This document shows, in pieces, positions 1 through 9,670 of a stretch of DNA of 26,625 bases. The stretch is from a virus. Lineage: Duplodnaviria; Caudoviricetes. Below the pieces are notes generated by a model. The model was not told the DNA's origin. It made no database searches and saw only the letters and a list, made by a program, of their open reading frames with translations. A program made the position numbers and the translations under genes. Numbering within the stretch: the stretch's first letter is position 1; each line of letters opens with the position of its first letter. The stretch lies in the IMG/VR virus record IMGVR_UViG_3300035670_001093, positions 1 to 26,625 of that record; one strand, given 5' to 3'.

Positions 1-3000
1 TTCACCAACAGGACGGCCGAGGCGAGCGTATACGCCGACAGTGTTGAAAATGCCGCGACGGGATTCGACCCGACATCGAGCCGCAGCAAGCCGCCTGTCG
101 AAGGCGGCAACGTCCTTCCAGTCTACGTTCGCGCCAGCAACCCGCTGGTAATTACGACCACCGAGACGTCCGCGTCGATGGAAGCGGACATGAATCGCGC
201 CGAGATCATCGCGCAACTGGTCGAAGCACAACGTGCTGGTAAGCCATACGACTCGGTCATCATCCGTCGCGCTCGCGGCGATGAGTACGACGGCATTAAC
301 GTCATTGTGTTCGAGCCTACGCAGGTTAAGTCGAAGTTCAACCGCGGCACCTACGACCCGAACGACCCGAACATCCTGAACCAGTCCGGCGTGCCGGAAC
401 CGCGCGTGGTGATGGGGCAGGAGCAGGCCGGCCCGCGCCTGACGTCGCTGCACAACCTATCTGCCGAGAACCTTGCTTTCGCCGACAAGATGGGCGGGAT
501 CGCGGTGCCGTCTATCGGCGTGGTCACAGAGTCCGCGGGCGGCGTCGAAGGGTTCGGAGAGATCACGCTGATCGGCACGAAGGGCATGGCCGATCCGTCT
601 GGCGAGCCAGTGTTCTCGTCTGACGCCTACACGGCACGGTTCCCGCGCCCCGTTTACAAGGCAGCCAAGCAGAAGGACGCCGACAAGCTGGTGGCGTTCA
701 TCAGGCCGTGGGCCGAGAAGTACGATGATGCGGACGCGAAGTATCGCGCCTGGGAGAACACTCACGAAAATCCCGACCCGCAGGACCTTATCAGCCGGGC
801 GCTGCGTAGCAGGGCGTGGATAGGCGCGTACCTCGACACCATCGGCGTCGACGTCAAGCCTGTGATGAAAGATGCCCAGATGGTTAGCGGGCTGCAGCCG
901 TACATGCTGCCGGAGCTTCGCCCGCTGTATGAGGCGATCGACCACGACCGCGGCGCCGGAGAGATCCTCGAGTCGCCGGAGTTCGCGGCGCTGGCGAAGA
1001 AGGCCGGCGAGCTGTTGGGCGCGTTTTACGAGGAGATCGGTGTTAATAAGTCTGCGGAGGAGCTGACTCGACAGTTTGGTTTTGCCGCTTATGACCGCCT
1101 CGGCCGCGACCTGCGTGACGAAGGCAAGCAGGTCATGGACCCGTGGGAGACGCTGCAGAAGATGCAGGATGCCGTCGAGCCGCATGCTGCCGACTTCAAG
1201 CGGTTCGTCGAGGACAAGGTTCTCCCGATGATGGGAGAGCCGATGCTGCAGATCGGGCGTAAGAAAGTCCCGTACACGCTCGGCAACATCGTCGACTTCA
1301 TGACCAGCGACAAGGTCCGCGGCGAAGAAAAGACCATGACCTACGGGGCAGGCATGGCGCGTTCTGCCACGGCGGAACAGTTTACCGACCTCGAGCGCAT
1401 GCGCGAGGTGGCGAAGAACACGATCGTCGATGTCAAGGAATACAACGCCAAGAAAAAAGAAACCGACGCGCTGTTGACCGAGTACCGCAACAAGGTCGCC
1501 GACTACTACAACGGCTCGACGTGGGACGCGATGGATTCGGCCATGAAGGCCATCGCAATGTGGGGCACTGGCAAGGTCCGCGGGAAGCCCGATCTTGTTA
1601 AGGCGCTCAAGAAGGCAGGGTTCAAGACCGGCTCTATTCCGGGCGACGTGATCGACCTGGCTATGAACGCCGGCAACGCATTGCTCGATGCGCCGGTGCC
1701 TTATTTCGAGGCGAAGCCGCAGCGAGCGGTCACGCTGGACGAGTTCGCCGGGGCGGTGATCCCTGACAACGCATCGCCAGAGGTGCTTGCCATCCTCGAC
1801 AAGCACGGCATCAAGTACCGCGAGTACGCGGCAGATGGCGAGCGCACTGGTGTCGTGCGGGATTTCACGCGCGAGCTGTCGACCGACGGCCGTGATGTGC
1901 TGTTCCAGAACCGCGAGCAGCAGGCCCGCGGCTACATCGAGATCGCCAAGAACCGCCGGCTGTCCATCACGCTGCTGGCCGGCGCCGACATGTCGACGTT
2001 CCAGCACGAGCTGGCGCACGCCTACCTCGAGATGGTGCGCGACCTTGCCGTCGACCCTGCGGCGTCCGCTGACCTGCAGGCCGACTGGCAGACCTTGCGC
2101 GAGTGGCTTGGCGTCGAGGGGACGTCGATCAGCCGCGAGCAGCACGAGAAGTTCGCCCGCGGGTACGAGGCCTACCTCATGGAAGGCAACGCGCCGAGCC
2201 TGACGCTTGGTCGCGCCTTCGCCCGCATGAAGGGCTGGATGCTGCGGATCTATCGCAAGCTGGAAAACCTGAACGTCAACATGACCGACGACGTGCGCGG
2301 CGTGTTCGACCGCATGCTGGCTGCCGAGAGCGAGATCAAGGCCGCCCGCCAGGCGCAGGGCTATGCCGCGATGTTTGCCGATGCCGAGCAGATGGGCGTC
2401 AGCCAGCGCGAGTTCGAGGCGTACCAGCGTGCCGTGCAGGACGACCTGCAGGCCGGCGTCGACCGCCTGCAGCGCGACGTCATGGACGAACTGGCCCGCG
2501 AGCGCCGGCAGTGGTGGCAGGAGGAGCGCGCGAAGGTTCTCGAGCAGGTCGAGGCCGAGGTCGATGCCGACCCGGGCTACCAGGCCCTGTCGTTCATCCG
2601 CAAGAAGGGCGGCACGAAACTGGACCGCAAGGCGCTGGTCGATGAGTTCGGCGAGCCGTTCGTGAAGAACCTGCCGCGCGGGCTGTACGTCAACAAGGAC
2701 GGCGCCTCGCCGGCGTCGGTGGCTGCGCTGTTCGAGTTCGAGAACGTCGGTGACCTGCTGGCCGCGCTGGCCCGCGCCGAGTCCATGCCGCGCGGCGAGT
2801 ACGTCAAGGCCGAGACCGACCGCCGGATGAAGGAAGCCCACGGCGACCTGATGAACGACGGCAGCCTGCCTGACCGGGCGACGCAGCGGATCCACAACGA
2901 GAAGCGGGCCGATGTGCTGGCGTTCGAGCTGCGCGCCCTGAAGCGCAAGCAGCGCGAGACGGCAGGCATCGTGCGCGCCGCCAGGCAGACCGACCGCGAG

Positions 3001-5670
3001 AATGCCTGGGCCGCGATGGCGACCGTGCCGGAGACCCGCGTGTTCCGCGAGGCTGCCAGGCTGGCGATCGCCGCGAAGGCCCTGCGCGCCATCCGGCCCT
3101 ATGACTACCTGCTGTCCGAGCGCAAGGCCGCGCGCGAGTCGGCCGCCGCGCTGGCGAAAGGGCAGTGGCAGGAGGCCGCCGCGTGGAAGGAGCGCGAACT
3201 GGTCAGCCACTACATGTACCTCGAGGCCAACAAGGCGAAAGAGGAAGGCGAGAAGATCCTCGAGCACGCGCGCAAGCAGGCGACCGTCAAGCGCCAGCAG
3301 TGGCTCGGCAAGGCCGGCGCGGACTACCTCGAGCAGATGAATGCCCTGCTCGACCAGTACGAGTTCCGCAAGGTGTCCGGCCGCGAGGTACGCCGGCGCG
3401 AGTCGCTGGCCGAGTTCGCCGCGCGCAAGCAGGCCGAGGGCACGCCGATCAACGTCCCGCTGGACGTCCTGCGCCGTTCTGGCCTGGTCAACTATGCCGA
3501 CGTCCCGCTGTCCGAATTGCGGAACGCCTACGGCGCGATGCAGCAGATCGAGCACCTTGCCGGCCTGAAGAACAAACTGCGGATCGGCAAGGAGGAGCGC
3601 GACTTCGGCGAGGTCCGCGAGGAGGTGATCGCGTCGATCAGGCAGCACAACAAGCAGCGCCTGACCGGCCAGTTTGCCGAGGATTCCGGCCTCGACCAGG
3701 TCCGCAAGCACGGCCGGTCGGTGCTGTCGATCGTGCTGCAGCCCGGCACGCTGGCCCGCGGGCTGGACGGTGGTGACCGCGAAGGGCCGCTGTCGAAGTA
3801 CGTCGTCGACCCGGTGGCCGATGCCGAGACGCGGTTCCTGATCCGGCGCCGCGACGACGGCACGAAGTTCGCGCAGATCCTCGACGCCTACACGCCGGCC
3901 GAGCGCAAGCGCATGTCGAAGGAGCGGCTGGACGTGCCGGGGTTCCCGAAAGGCGAGGCGCCGACGAAGTGGGGCGCGATCAGCTTGGCGCTGAATTGGG
4001 GCAACGAGGGGAACCGGCAGGCGATTCTCGACAGCCGCGACCCGAACGGCGCGACGCTGTGGGATGAGGGCAGGGTGCAGGCCGTGCTCGACACTCTCGA
4101 CGAGCGCGACTGGCAGTTCGTGCAGGACGTCTGGGCGTTCGTGAACGGCTACTGGCCGGAGATCGCCGAGGCGCAGCGCCGCCGCACCGGGCTGGCACCG
4201 AAGAAGGTCGACGGTCTCCCGGTGGCTACGAAGTACGGGGTGATCCAGGGCGCGTACTACCCGCTGAAATACGAGTCCCGCGGGTCGTGGGCGGTGACTG
4301 CCGACGAGGCCGCGACGGCGTTCGACGCCATGCGCGCCGGCCGGACGGCGAGCGCCTACACCCCGAACGGGCACACGAAGGAGCGGGTCGGCTCCGGTGG
4401 CCGCCCTGTCCGCCTCGACATCGGCGTGATGGGCAGCCACATCGACAACGTCCTGCGCGACCTCGAGATGGCCGACGCGGTGAACAGCGCCTGGCGCGTC
4501 CTGCATGACCGCGAGGTCCTGTCTGCGCTGGCTGCCAGCGACAACATGGACGCGATCACCGGGTTCGAGCTCTGGCTGCAGGACACGGCCGCCGGCGAGA
4601 TGGTGTCCGGCAGCAGCCTGATGTCCGGCCTGCGCCGGGTGCGGACCGGGTTCACCGCGGCCGTGATGCTGTTCAACCTGTCGAACGCGGCGCTGAACCT
4701 TGCCGGCCTCGGTCAGTCGATGGTCGTCGTCGGCAAGGGGAACATCGCGCGCGCGGCCGGGCGCATGATGCGCGGGCCCCTGATCGGCGATGACAGCATC
4801 TTCAAGCAGGTGCAGGCGCTGTCGCCGATGATGCGGGTGCGGCTCGACACCTACAACAAGGACATCAACGACCACCTGCGGAGCCTCGAGGGCACCGGCG
4901 ACTGGCGCGAGAAGATGGTCCGCTGGGGCTACGCGCCGTCGATGGCGACGCAGATCATCGTCGACACGACGACCTGGCTGGGCGCCTACGAGCGCGCGAA
5001 GTCAGAGGGCCTCGAGGGCGATGCCGCGGTGCAGTACGCCGACCGGCTGACCGAGGACGCGCAGTCGTCCGGGCGTTTCGGGTTCCGGTCGTCGTTCGAG
5101 CGGGGGACGATCGACCGCAACGTCCGGCAGACCGAGCTGGCCCGGGTGTGGACGGCCCTGCTGTCGTACATGCTGAACAAGGCGAACCGGGCCTACGAGC
5201 GCACGCGCGCGACGGACTTCAAGTCGCCGACCGAGGTGCTGTCGTGGACCTCTGACATGCTGATCCTCTACACGATCGAGGCGGTGCTGTTTGCCGCGGT
5301 GAAGGGCAACCTGCCGGACGAGGACGACGAGGAGGACGATGGCCTGGGCATGTTCGCTGCGAAGGAGACGCTGAAGTCTATGCTGGGCTCCCTGCCGTTC
5401 GTCAGGGATGCCGCTGCGGCAACGCAGGGGTTCTCCGGTGGCGGCGTGGTCGGGTCGTTCACGGATTCCATTGGCCGGGCCTACCAGCAGGTCTCGCAGG
5501 GCGAGGTCGATGCCTCGCTGGTGAAGTCGGTCAACATGCTCGGCGGCATCCTGTTCGGCTACCCGGCCGCCCAGATCAACAAGGCGATCACCGCCCTGTC
5601 GGTCGAGCAGGACGGCAAGGACGTGCCGTTCTGGCAGTACGTCACCGGCGTGCCCGCGAAGGACCGTTAA
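1..5670 (+). CDS. Giant polyvalent / internal virion (ejection) protein, 5'-truncated: ART-PolyVal-like domain, a second variable domain, HExxH metallopeptidase-like domain, long helical C-terminal region
   Basis: Frame is open from base 1 (FTNRTAEASVYA...GGNVLPVYVRASNPL...IVFEPTQVKSKFNRGTYDPNDPNIL, typical of ART-PolyVal), so ATG 178 is not the true start. STFQHELAH...EKFARGYEAYLMEG from ~1993; lies directly before the tailspike as in podophages. Confidence 0.8.
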   Translation, partial: FTNRTAEASVYADSVENAATGFDPTSSRSKPPVEGGNVLPVYVRASNPLVITTTETSASMEADMNRAEIIAQLVEAQRAGKPYDSVIIRRARGDEYDGINVIVFEPTQVKSKFNRGTYDPNDPNILNQSGVPEPRVVMGQEQAGPRLTSLHNLSAENLAFADKMGGIAVPSIGVVTESAGGVEGFGEITLIGTKGMADPSGEPVFSSDAYTARFPRPVYKAAKQKDADKLVAFIRPWAEKYDDADAKYRAWENTHENPDPQDLISRALRSRAWIGAYLDTIGVDVKPVMKDAQMVSGLQPYMLPELRPLYEAIDHDRGAGEILESPEFAALAKKAGELLGAFYEEIGVNKSAEELTRQFGFAAYDRLGRDLRDEGKQVMDPWETLQKMQDAVEPHAADFKRFVEDKVLPMMGEPMLQIGRKKVPYTLGNIVDFMTSDKVRGEEKTMTYGAGMARSATAEQFTDLERMREVAKNTIVDVKEYNAKKKETDALLTEYRNKVADYYNGSTWDAMDSAMKAIAMWGTGKVRGKPDLVKALKKAGFKTGSIPGDVIDLAMNAGNALLDAPVPYFEAKPQRAVTLDEFAGAVIPDNASPEVLAILDKHGIKYREYAADGERTGVVRDFTRELSTDGRDVLFQNREQQARGYIEIAKNRRLSITLLAGADMSTFQHELAHAYLEMVRDLAVDPAASADLQADWQTLREWLGVEGTSISREQHEKFARGYEAYLMEGNAPSLTLGRAFARMKGWMLRIYRKLENLNVNMTDDVRGVFDRMLAAESEIKAARQAQGYAAMFADAEQMGVSQREFEAYQRAVQDDLQAGVDRLQRDVMDELARERRQWWQEERAKVLEQVEAEVDADPGYQALSFIRKKGGTKLDRKALVDEFGEPFVKNLPRGLYVNKDGASPASVAALFEFENVGDLLAALARAESMPRGEYVKAETDRRMKEAHGDLMNDGSLPDRATQRIHNEKRADVLAFELRALKRKQRETAGIVRAARQTDRENAWAAMATVPETRVFREAARLAIAAKALRAIRPYDYLLSERKAARESAAALAKGQWQEAAAWKERELVSHYMYLEANKAKEEGEKILEHARKQATVKRQQWLGKAGADYLEQMNALLDQYEFRKVSGREVRRRESLAEFAARKQAEGTPINVPLDVLRRSGLVNYADVPLSELRNAYGAMQQIEHLAGLKNKLRIGKEERDFGEVREEVIASIRQHNKQRLTGQFAEDSGLDQVRKHGRSVLSIVLQPGTLARGLDGGDREGPLSKYVVDPVADAETRFLIRRRDDGTKFAQILDAYTPAERKRMSKERLDVPGFPKGEAPTKWGAISLALNWGNEGNRQAILDSRDPNGATLWDEGRVQAVLDTLDERDWQFVQDVWAFVNGYWPEIAEAQRRRTGLAPKKVDGLPVATKYGVIQGAYYPLKYESRGSWAVTADEAATAFDAMRAGRTASAYTPNGHTKERVGSGGRPVRLDIGVMGSHIDNVLRDLEMADAVNSAWRVLHDREVLSALAASDNMDAITGFELWLQDTAAGEMVSGSSLMSGLRRVRTGFTAAVMLFNLSNAALNLAGLGQSMVVVGKGNIARAAGRMMRGPLIGDDSIFKQVQALSPMMRVRLDTYNKDINDHLRSLEGTGDWREKMVRWGYAPSMATQIIVDTTTWLGAYERAKSEGLEGDAAVQYADRLTEDAQSSGRFGFRSSFERGTIDRNVRQTELARVWTALLSYMLNKANRAYERTRATDFKSPTEVLSWTSDMLILYTIEAVLFAAVKGNLPDEDDEEDDGLGMFAAKETLKSMLGSLPFVRDAAAATQGFSGGGVVGSFTDSIGRAYQQVSQGEVDASLVKSVNMLGGILFGYPAAQINKAITALSVEQDGKDVPFWQYVTGVPAKDR

Positions 5671-5700
5671 CCATGGCTGGTGTGATGCGCTAGCCTCCCC

Positions 5701-5720
5701 ACCGGTGGTATAAGTTCACC
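5701..5720 (+). promoter_or_regulatory. Putative extended -10 promoter (TGG-TATAAG) upstream of tailspike
   Basis: ACCGGTGGTATAAG; the 10-mer ACCGGTGGTA recurs at 11327 upstream of another fibre gene; GGTG-N9-CACC at 5704-5720. Confidence 0.4.
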
Positions 5721-5740
5721 AGTTTGCGAGGGCCCTCGGC

Positions 5741-8599
5741 ATGACCCTGTCGTCCGCTACCAACGAGGTCGAGTATTCCGGCAACGGAACGACCACGGTT
5801 TTTGCCTACACGTTCAAGGTCCATGCGGCCTCGCACCTGGTGGTCACGCTTGTCGATACCGATGGCGTGCCGGCGACGCAGGTCCTGAACACCGACTACA
5901 CGGTGTCCGGCGTCAACGCGGCCAGTGGCGGGAACGTCACGATGAGTACCGCCCCTGCCAGCGGGGAGACGCTCATCATCCAGCGGACCATCCCGCTGAC
6001 GCAGACGACCGACATCAAGAACCAGGGCGACTTCTACCCGGAGACGCACGAGAACGCCTTCGACCGGCTGATGATGGGGATCCAGCAGGCGAACAGGCTG
6101 GCGACCAGTGCGCTGCGGATTCCGGTCGGGCTCGACGATTACGACGCCGGCGGGCTGAAGATCACCGACCTTGCCGACGGCGAGGACGATACCGACGCGG
6201 CCACGAAGGGCCAGCTCGACGACGCTGTCACGGCCATGCAGTCAGGCATGGCTGGCGGGACGCTGGCCTCCTATGAGACCGGCACCGGGGATGGGGCGAG
6301 CGTCTACCTGCCGTTCGCCGGCATCACTGTCTCGACCGCATCGGCCTACGTCGTCGTCGTCGGCGGCGTCGTGCAGACGCCGGACACGGACTACACCATC
6401 GACGTCGCCAACGCGCGCATCGTGTTCACCACCGCGCCCGGCAACGGCGTCGGCATCCTGGCGATGTGCTTCGGCTACAAGCGCCAGATCGACGAGATCG
6501 ACGCGCTGAACGTGACGTTCACGCAGGCCGGCACCGGCGCGGTGCAGCGCACCATGCGCGACAGGCTGCGCGAGTACGTCAGCGCGAAGGACTTCGGCGC
6601 GACCGGCGACGGCACGACCGATGACACAGTCGCGCTGCAGGCGGCCATCGACTACTGCGTCAGTGTCGGCAAGCGGCTGTATATCCCGGCCGGCACCTAC
6701 AAGTTCACGCAGCTGTCCGTGTCCGTCAGCGCGACCGGCCTCGGCCCGCTCACGATCGAAGGCGACGGCACCCCGTTCGTGCAGTTCGGCACGCGGGCTA
6801 CCATCCTGCGGCAGATCGACGGCACCACCGGGACCGCGATCACGTTCACCGGGAATTGGGCCACCAGCAAGAGCATCGTCGGCCTGAAGCTGGTCGGGTT
6901 CGGCCTGTATTGCTCCAATGCCCTGACCGGTTGGGGCATCGATATGTTCAACGTGACTGGCTTCCACAGCCTGTTCGAGCAGATCGCGGTCTATGTCCCG
7001 TACTCGGGTTCTGCCGGCGCGTGGCGCCAGCGGTCCTGCTGGACGATCACGATGCGGAACATCAGGCTCGACGGCCCGTCCTCTGGCTCGACGGCGAAGG
7101 GCCTCGTCATCTACGGCGATCAGGGCACCGGCACCACGAACCAGACGCTGCTGCAGAACATCAACGCGGTCGGCTTTCCGAAGTGCAACGTGCAGATCGG
7201 AAAATGGGACGAGGCCAACGGCGGGACGACGCAGTCTATCCGCTGGGACGTCGGCCAGTGCGGCACTGCTGGCGGCTATGGCGTCGTCATCGGCCGGGCG
7301 TTCGACGTCACGATCACGAACGTCCACACCGAGAACCACGACAAGTCCGGGTGGCTGATTACCGAGTCTGCGAACGGTGCGGACTCTGGGTACATCAAGA
7401 TCGAGAACTGCGACTCCTACGACGATGGCCAGGCCGGCACCGGTAGCGCAGACAAGGACACCTACGCCATCCAGATCCTGCGGACGAACCTGCTGAAAAT
7501 TGACGGCTTCCGCACGCAAGAAGCGACCTGCGGAATCTGGATTGCCGACACGACGCAGGCCACCAACATCGAAATCGATCGCGTCCAGTTTGGCGGGAAG
7601 GCGAACAACACCGACAGCGAGACGCTGATCTACGTCGAGAACACGACCCCGAGCAACACCAAGCGCGTGACGCTCGGCAATTACGATGCCGCCTACACCT
7701 GGGGCAACAACGGCGCCAGCCGCATCGTGAACGGCGACTGCATCAGTTACAAGAAGCGGTCGGACGTCGATGCACAGCGCACTCCATACTGGACGTTCAG
7801 CGGTGACGGCGCAGATACGACTTTTGCTGTAACAGGCGCAACGTCGAGCACAAGCAGCCACTATACCGTCACGGTAGGCGGGACGCCGGTAGCGTCAACG
7901 GATTACAGCGTCGACGCATCAACCGGCATCATCACCTTTGACGTAGCTCCTGCGGTTGGTGTGAATAACATCGTTGTAAAATCAAACGCAGAGGGCATCT
8001 ATCCGTGGAACGATACTGTCGCGTTCGGCCCGTCGGCTGCCATTAGCATTACGGACCTAGTCGCGCGCGAAAACTACGAACTGGCTAGCGACCAGCATAT
8101 CGTTCTTGTTTTCAACAACGCGAACACAACGCTGATCGACGTTTCCAACGGCGGCAACTTCCGCCTGTTCAGGGAGCGGGACTTCACGCCGGCAACTGAC
8201 GATACCGTCACGGTCGTCTACCGCGGTGGCGAGTGGCACGAGGTCAACCGCTCCTACAACGGCACTTACGGCGACCATTTCGTCGTCACCGACACCAGCA
8301 CTGGCGTCACCGGGAACATCACGATCACGAACCTGACCGAGGTTTGCGACGTGACGCACTCGGTCGCCGCGAACATCAACAACCTGGCGTCTGCCAGCGG
8401 GAAGGCGACGCACACTTATCAGGTCGTCAGGCTCGTGTTCAACAACGGGAACACGACGCTGCGCGACGCATCAGGTGGCGGCAGCCGTAACTTCCGGCTG
8501 GCCGGCGGCGTCGACTTCGTGTCGTCGGCAAATGACACCATCACGGTCATGAAGAACGCGGCCGGCGAGTGGGTCGAACTTTCCCGCAGCGTGAACTGA
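5741..8599 (+). CDS. Tailspike / tail fibre with T7-gp17-like N-terminal anchor, pectate-lyase-like beta-helix (probable depolymerase) and duplicated C-terminal modules
   Basis: N-terminus YSGNGTTTVFAYTF...HENAFDRLMM; VSAKDFGATGDGTTDDTVALQAAID beta-helix entry motif. Confidence 0.9.
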   Translation: MTLSSATNEVEYSGNGTTTVFAYTFKVHAASHLVVTLVDTDGVPATQVLNTDYTVSGVNAASGGNVTMSTAPASGETLIIQRTIPLTQTTDIKNQGDFYPETHENAFDRLMMGIQQANRLATSALRIPVGLDDYDAGGLKITDLADGEDDTDAATKGQLDDAVTAMQSGMAGGTLASYETGTGDGASVYLPFAGITVSTASAYVVVVGGVVQTPDTDYTIDVANARIVFTTAPGNGVGILAMCFGYKRQIDEIDALNVTFTQAGTGAVQRTMRDRLREYVSAKDFGATGDGTTDDTVALQAAIDYCVSVGKRLYIPAGTYKFTQLSVSVSATGLGPLTIEGDGTPFVQFGTRATILRQIDGTTGTAITFTGNWATSKSIVGLKLVGFGLYCSNALTGWGIDMFNVTGFHSLFEQIAVYVPYSGSAGAWRQRSCWTITMRNIRLDGPSSGSTAKGLVIYGDQGTGTTNQTLLQNINAVGFPKCNVQIGKWDEANGGTTQSIRWDVGQCGTAGGYGVVIGRAFDVTITNVHTENHDKSGWLITESANGADSGYIKIENCDSYDDGQAGTGSADKDTYAIQILRTNLLKIDGFRTQEATCGIWIADTTQATNIEIDRVQFGGKANNTDSETLIYVENTTPSNTKRVTLGNYDAAYTWGNNGASRIVNGDCISYKKRSDVDAQRTPYWTFSGDGADTTFAVTGATSSTSSHYTVTVGGTPVASTDYSVDASTGIITFDVAPAVGVNNIVVKSNAEGIYPWNDTVAFGPSAAISITDLVARENYELASDQHIVLVFNNANTTLIDVSNGGNFRLFRERDFTPATDDTVTVVYRGGEWHEVNRSYNGTYGDHFVVTDTSTGVTGNITITNLTEVCDVTHSVAANINNLASASGKATHTYQVVRLVFNNGNTTLRDASGGGSRNFRLAGGVDFVSSANDTITVMKNAAGEWVELSRSVN

Positions 8600-8609
8600 C
8601 GGAGGCACC

Positions 8610-9098
8610 ATGGCCGAACCTCGCTGGCTGACACGGGCGCGCGCCTACATTGGGCTGCGCGAGGTCCCGGGAGCGCGCACGGAGCCGGTCATCGCCGGCT
8701 GGCTGAAGCGCGCGAAGGCCTGGTGGAACGACGACGAGACGCCGTGGTGCGGCACGTTCGTCGACGCTGTCATGCGCGACTGCGGCATCGGCAGCGCGAA
8801 GGCTTGGTATCGGGCGCAGGGCTGGCTCGAGTGGGGCCAGCCGCTGTCGGGCCCGACGCTGGGTGCCATCGTCGTGTTCAAGCGCACCGGCGGCGGTCAC
8901 GTCGGCATCATTGCCGGCATCGACGACCGCGGGAACCTGATGGTCCTCGGGGGCAACCAGGGCAATGCCGTCTGCATCATGCCGTTCGCGCGGGATCGCG
9001 TGATCGGGTATCGCTGGCCGGTTGCTATGCCGGTCCCCGGTTTATCCACGCTGCCCGTGTTGGCGAGCACCGGCGCACTCTCGAGGAACGAAGCATGA
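8610..9098 (+). CDS. TIGR02594-family (NlpC/P60/CHAP-like) peptidoglycan hydrolase, probable endolysin
   Basis: DDETPWCGTFV, GGGHVG and LGGNQGNAV motifs; GGAGG RBS at 8601. Confidence 0.9.
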   Translation: MAEPRWLTRARAYIGLREVPGARTEPVIAGWLKRAKAWWNDDETPWCGTFVDAVMRDCGIGSAKAWYRAQGWLEWGQPLSGPTLGAIVVFKRTGGGHVGIIAGIDDRGNLMVLGGNQGNAVCIMPFARDRVIGYRWPVAMPVPGLSTLPVLASTGALSRNEA

Positions 9099-9292
9099 AG
9101 GCGAAGATCCGGGGTAACCTGAAGTCCAAGACGTTCTGGACCGGCGCGGCGACTGTTGCCGCCGGCGTCGTGTCGTACCTCGCTGCCAGCCCGGAGCTGG
9201 TGGCCGCCTACGGCCCGCAGGCGCTGATGGCCGTCGGTGTCCTGAACATCATCCTGCGGCAGTTCACCGACCGCTCCGTCGAGCACAAGTGA
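9095..9292 (+). CDS. Probable holin (65 aa, two hydrophobic segments)
   Basis: ATGA overlap with endolysin stop; KSKTFW...GVLNIILRQFT pattern. Confidence 0.7.
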   Translation: MKAKIRGNLKSKTFWTGAATVAAGVVSYLAASPELVAAYGPQALMAVGVLNIILRQFTDRSVEHK

Positions 9293-9307
9293 CGGAAGCC
9301 GCCCAGC

Positions 9308-9670
9308 ATGTCGAACGAATTGACGATGTTCCAGCAGGTGGTGACCCTGCTATCTGACCGCATGGACCGCATGGAAAAGACGCAGGAGCGACTGGCCGAT
9401 GCTGTCGAGCGGCAGGCGACCGTCGTCGAAAAGGTGGCGACATTGCTGGCGAAGCACGAGGAACACAGGGACGCGATCGGCCGGGCTTTCGATGAGATCG
9501 AGGCCGATCGCGCCGCCTGCTCGGAGCGGTTCAAGGACCACGAGACCCGGATCCGGGTGATCGAGGACGATATGCCGACGATGCGCCTGACCCGAAATTG
9601 GGTCATCGGGTTCACGCTGGCAGGGACCAGCGGCGTGTGCCTGGCGGTTCTGGCGATGGTGCTGAAGTGA
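9308..9670 (+). CDS. Coiled-coil protein with C-terminal transmembrane helix (lysis-associated)
   Basis: Heptad-rich N-terminus, hydrophobic C-terminus, lysis cassette position. Confidence 0.65.
   Translation: MSNELTMFQQVVTLLSDRMDRMEKTQERLADAVERQATVVEKVATLLAKHEEHRDAIGRAFDEIEADRAACSERFKDHETRIRVIEDDMPTMRLTRNWVIGFTLAGTSGVCLAVLAMVLK

Noticed and set aside
178-180. ATG 178 as start of the giant protein
   Set aside because: The frame is open to base 1 and the ART-like domain begins upstream of it
457-4875. 1472-aa minus-strand ORF, and similar long antisense ORFs (6242-7861, 9208-10425, 15122-16252, 19744-20913, 23236-24414, 24508-25818)
   Set aside because: Antisense shadows of high-GC3 genes; no motifs, RBS or operon logic
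8000-8599. Duplicated tailspike C-terminal modules as a DGR TR/VR pair
   Set aside because: Differences are not adenine-restricted, both copies are coding, and there is no RT gene in the window
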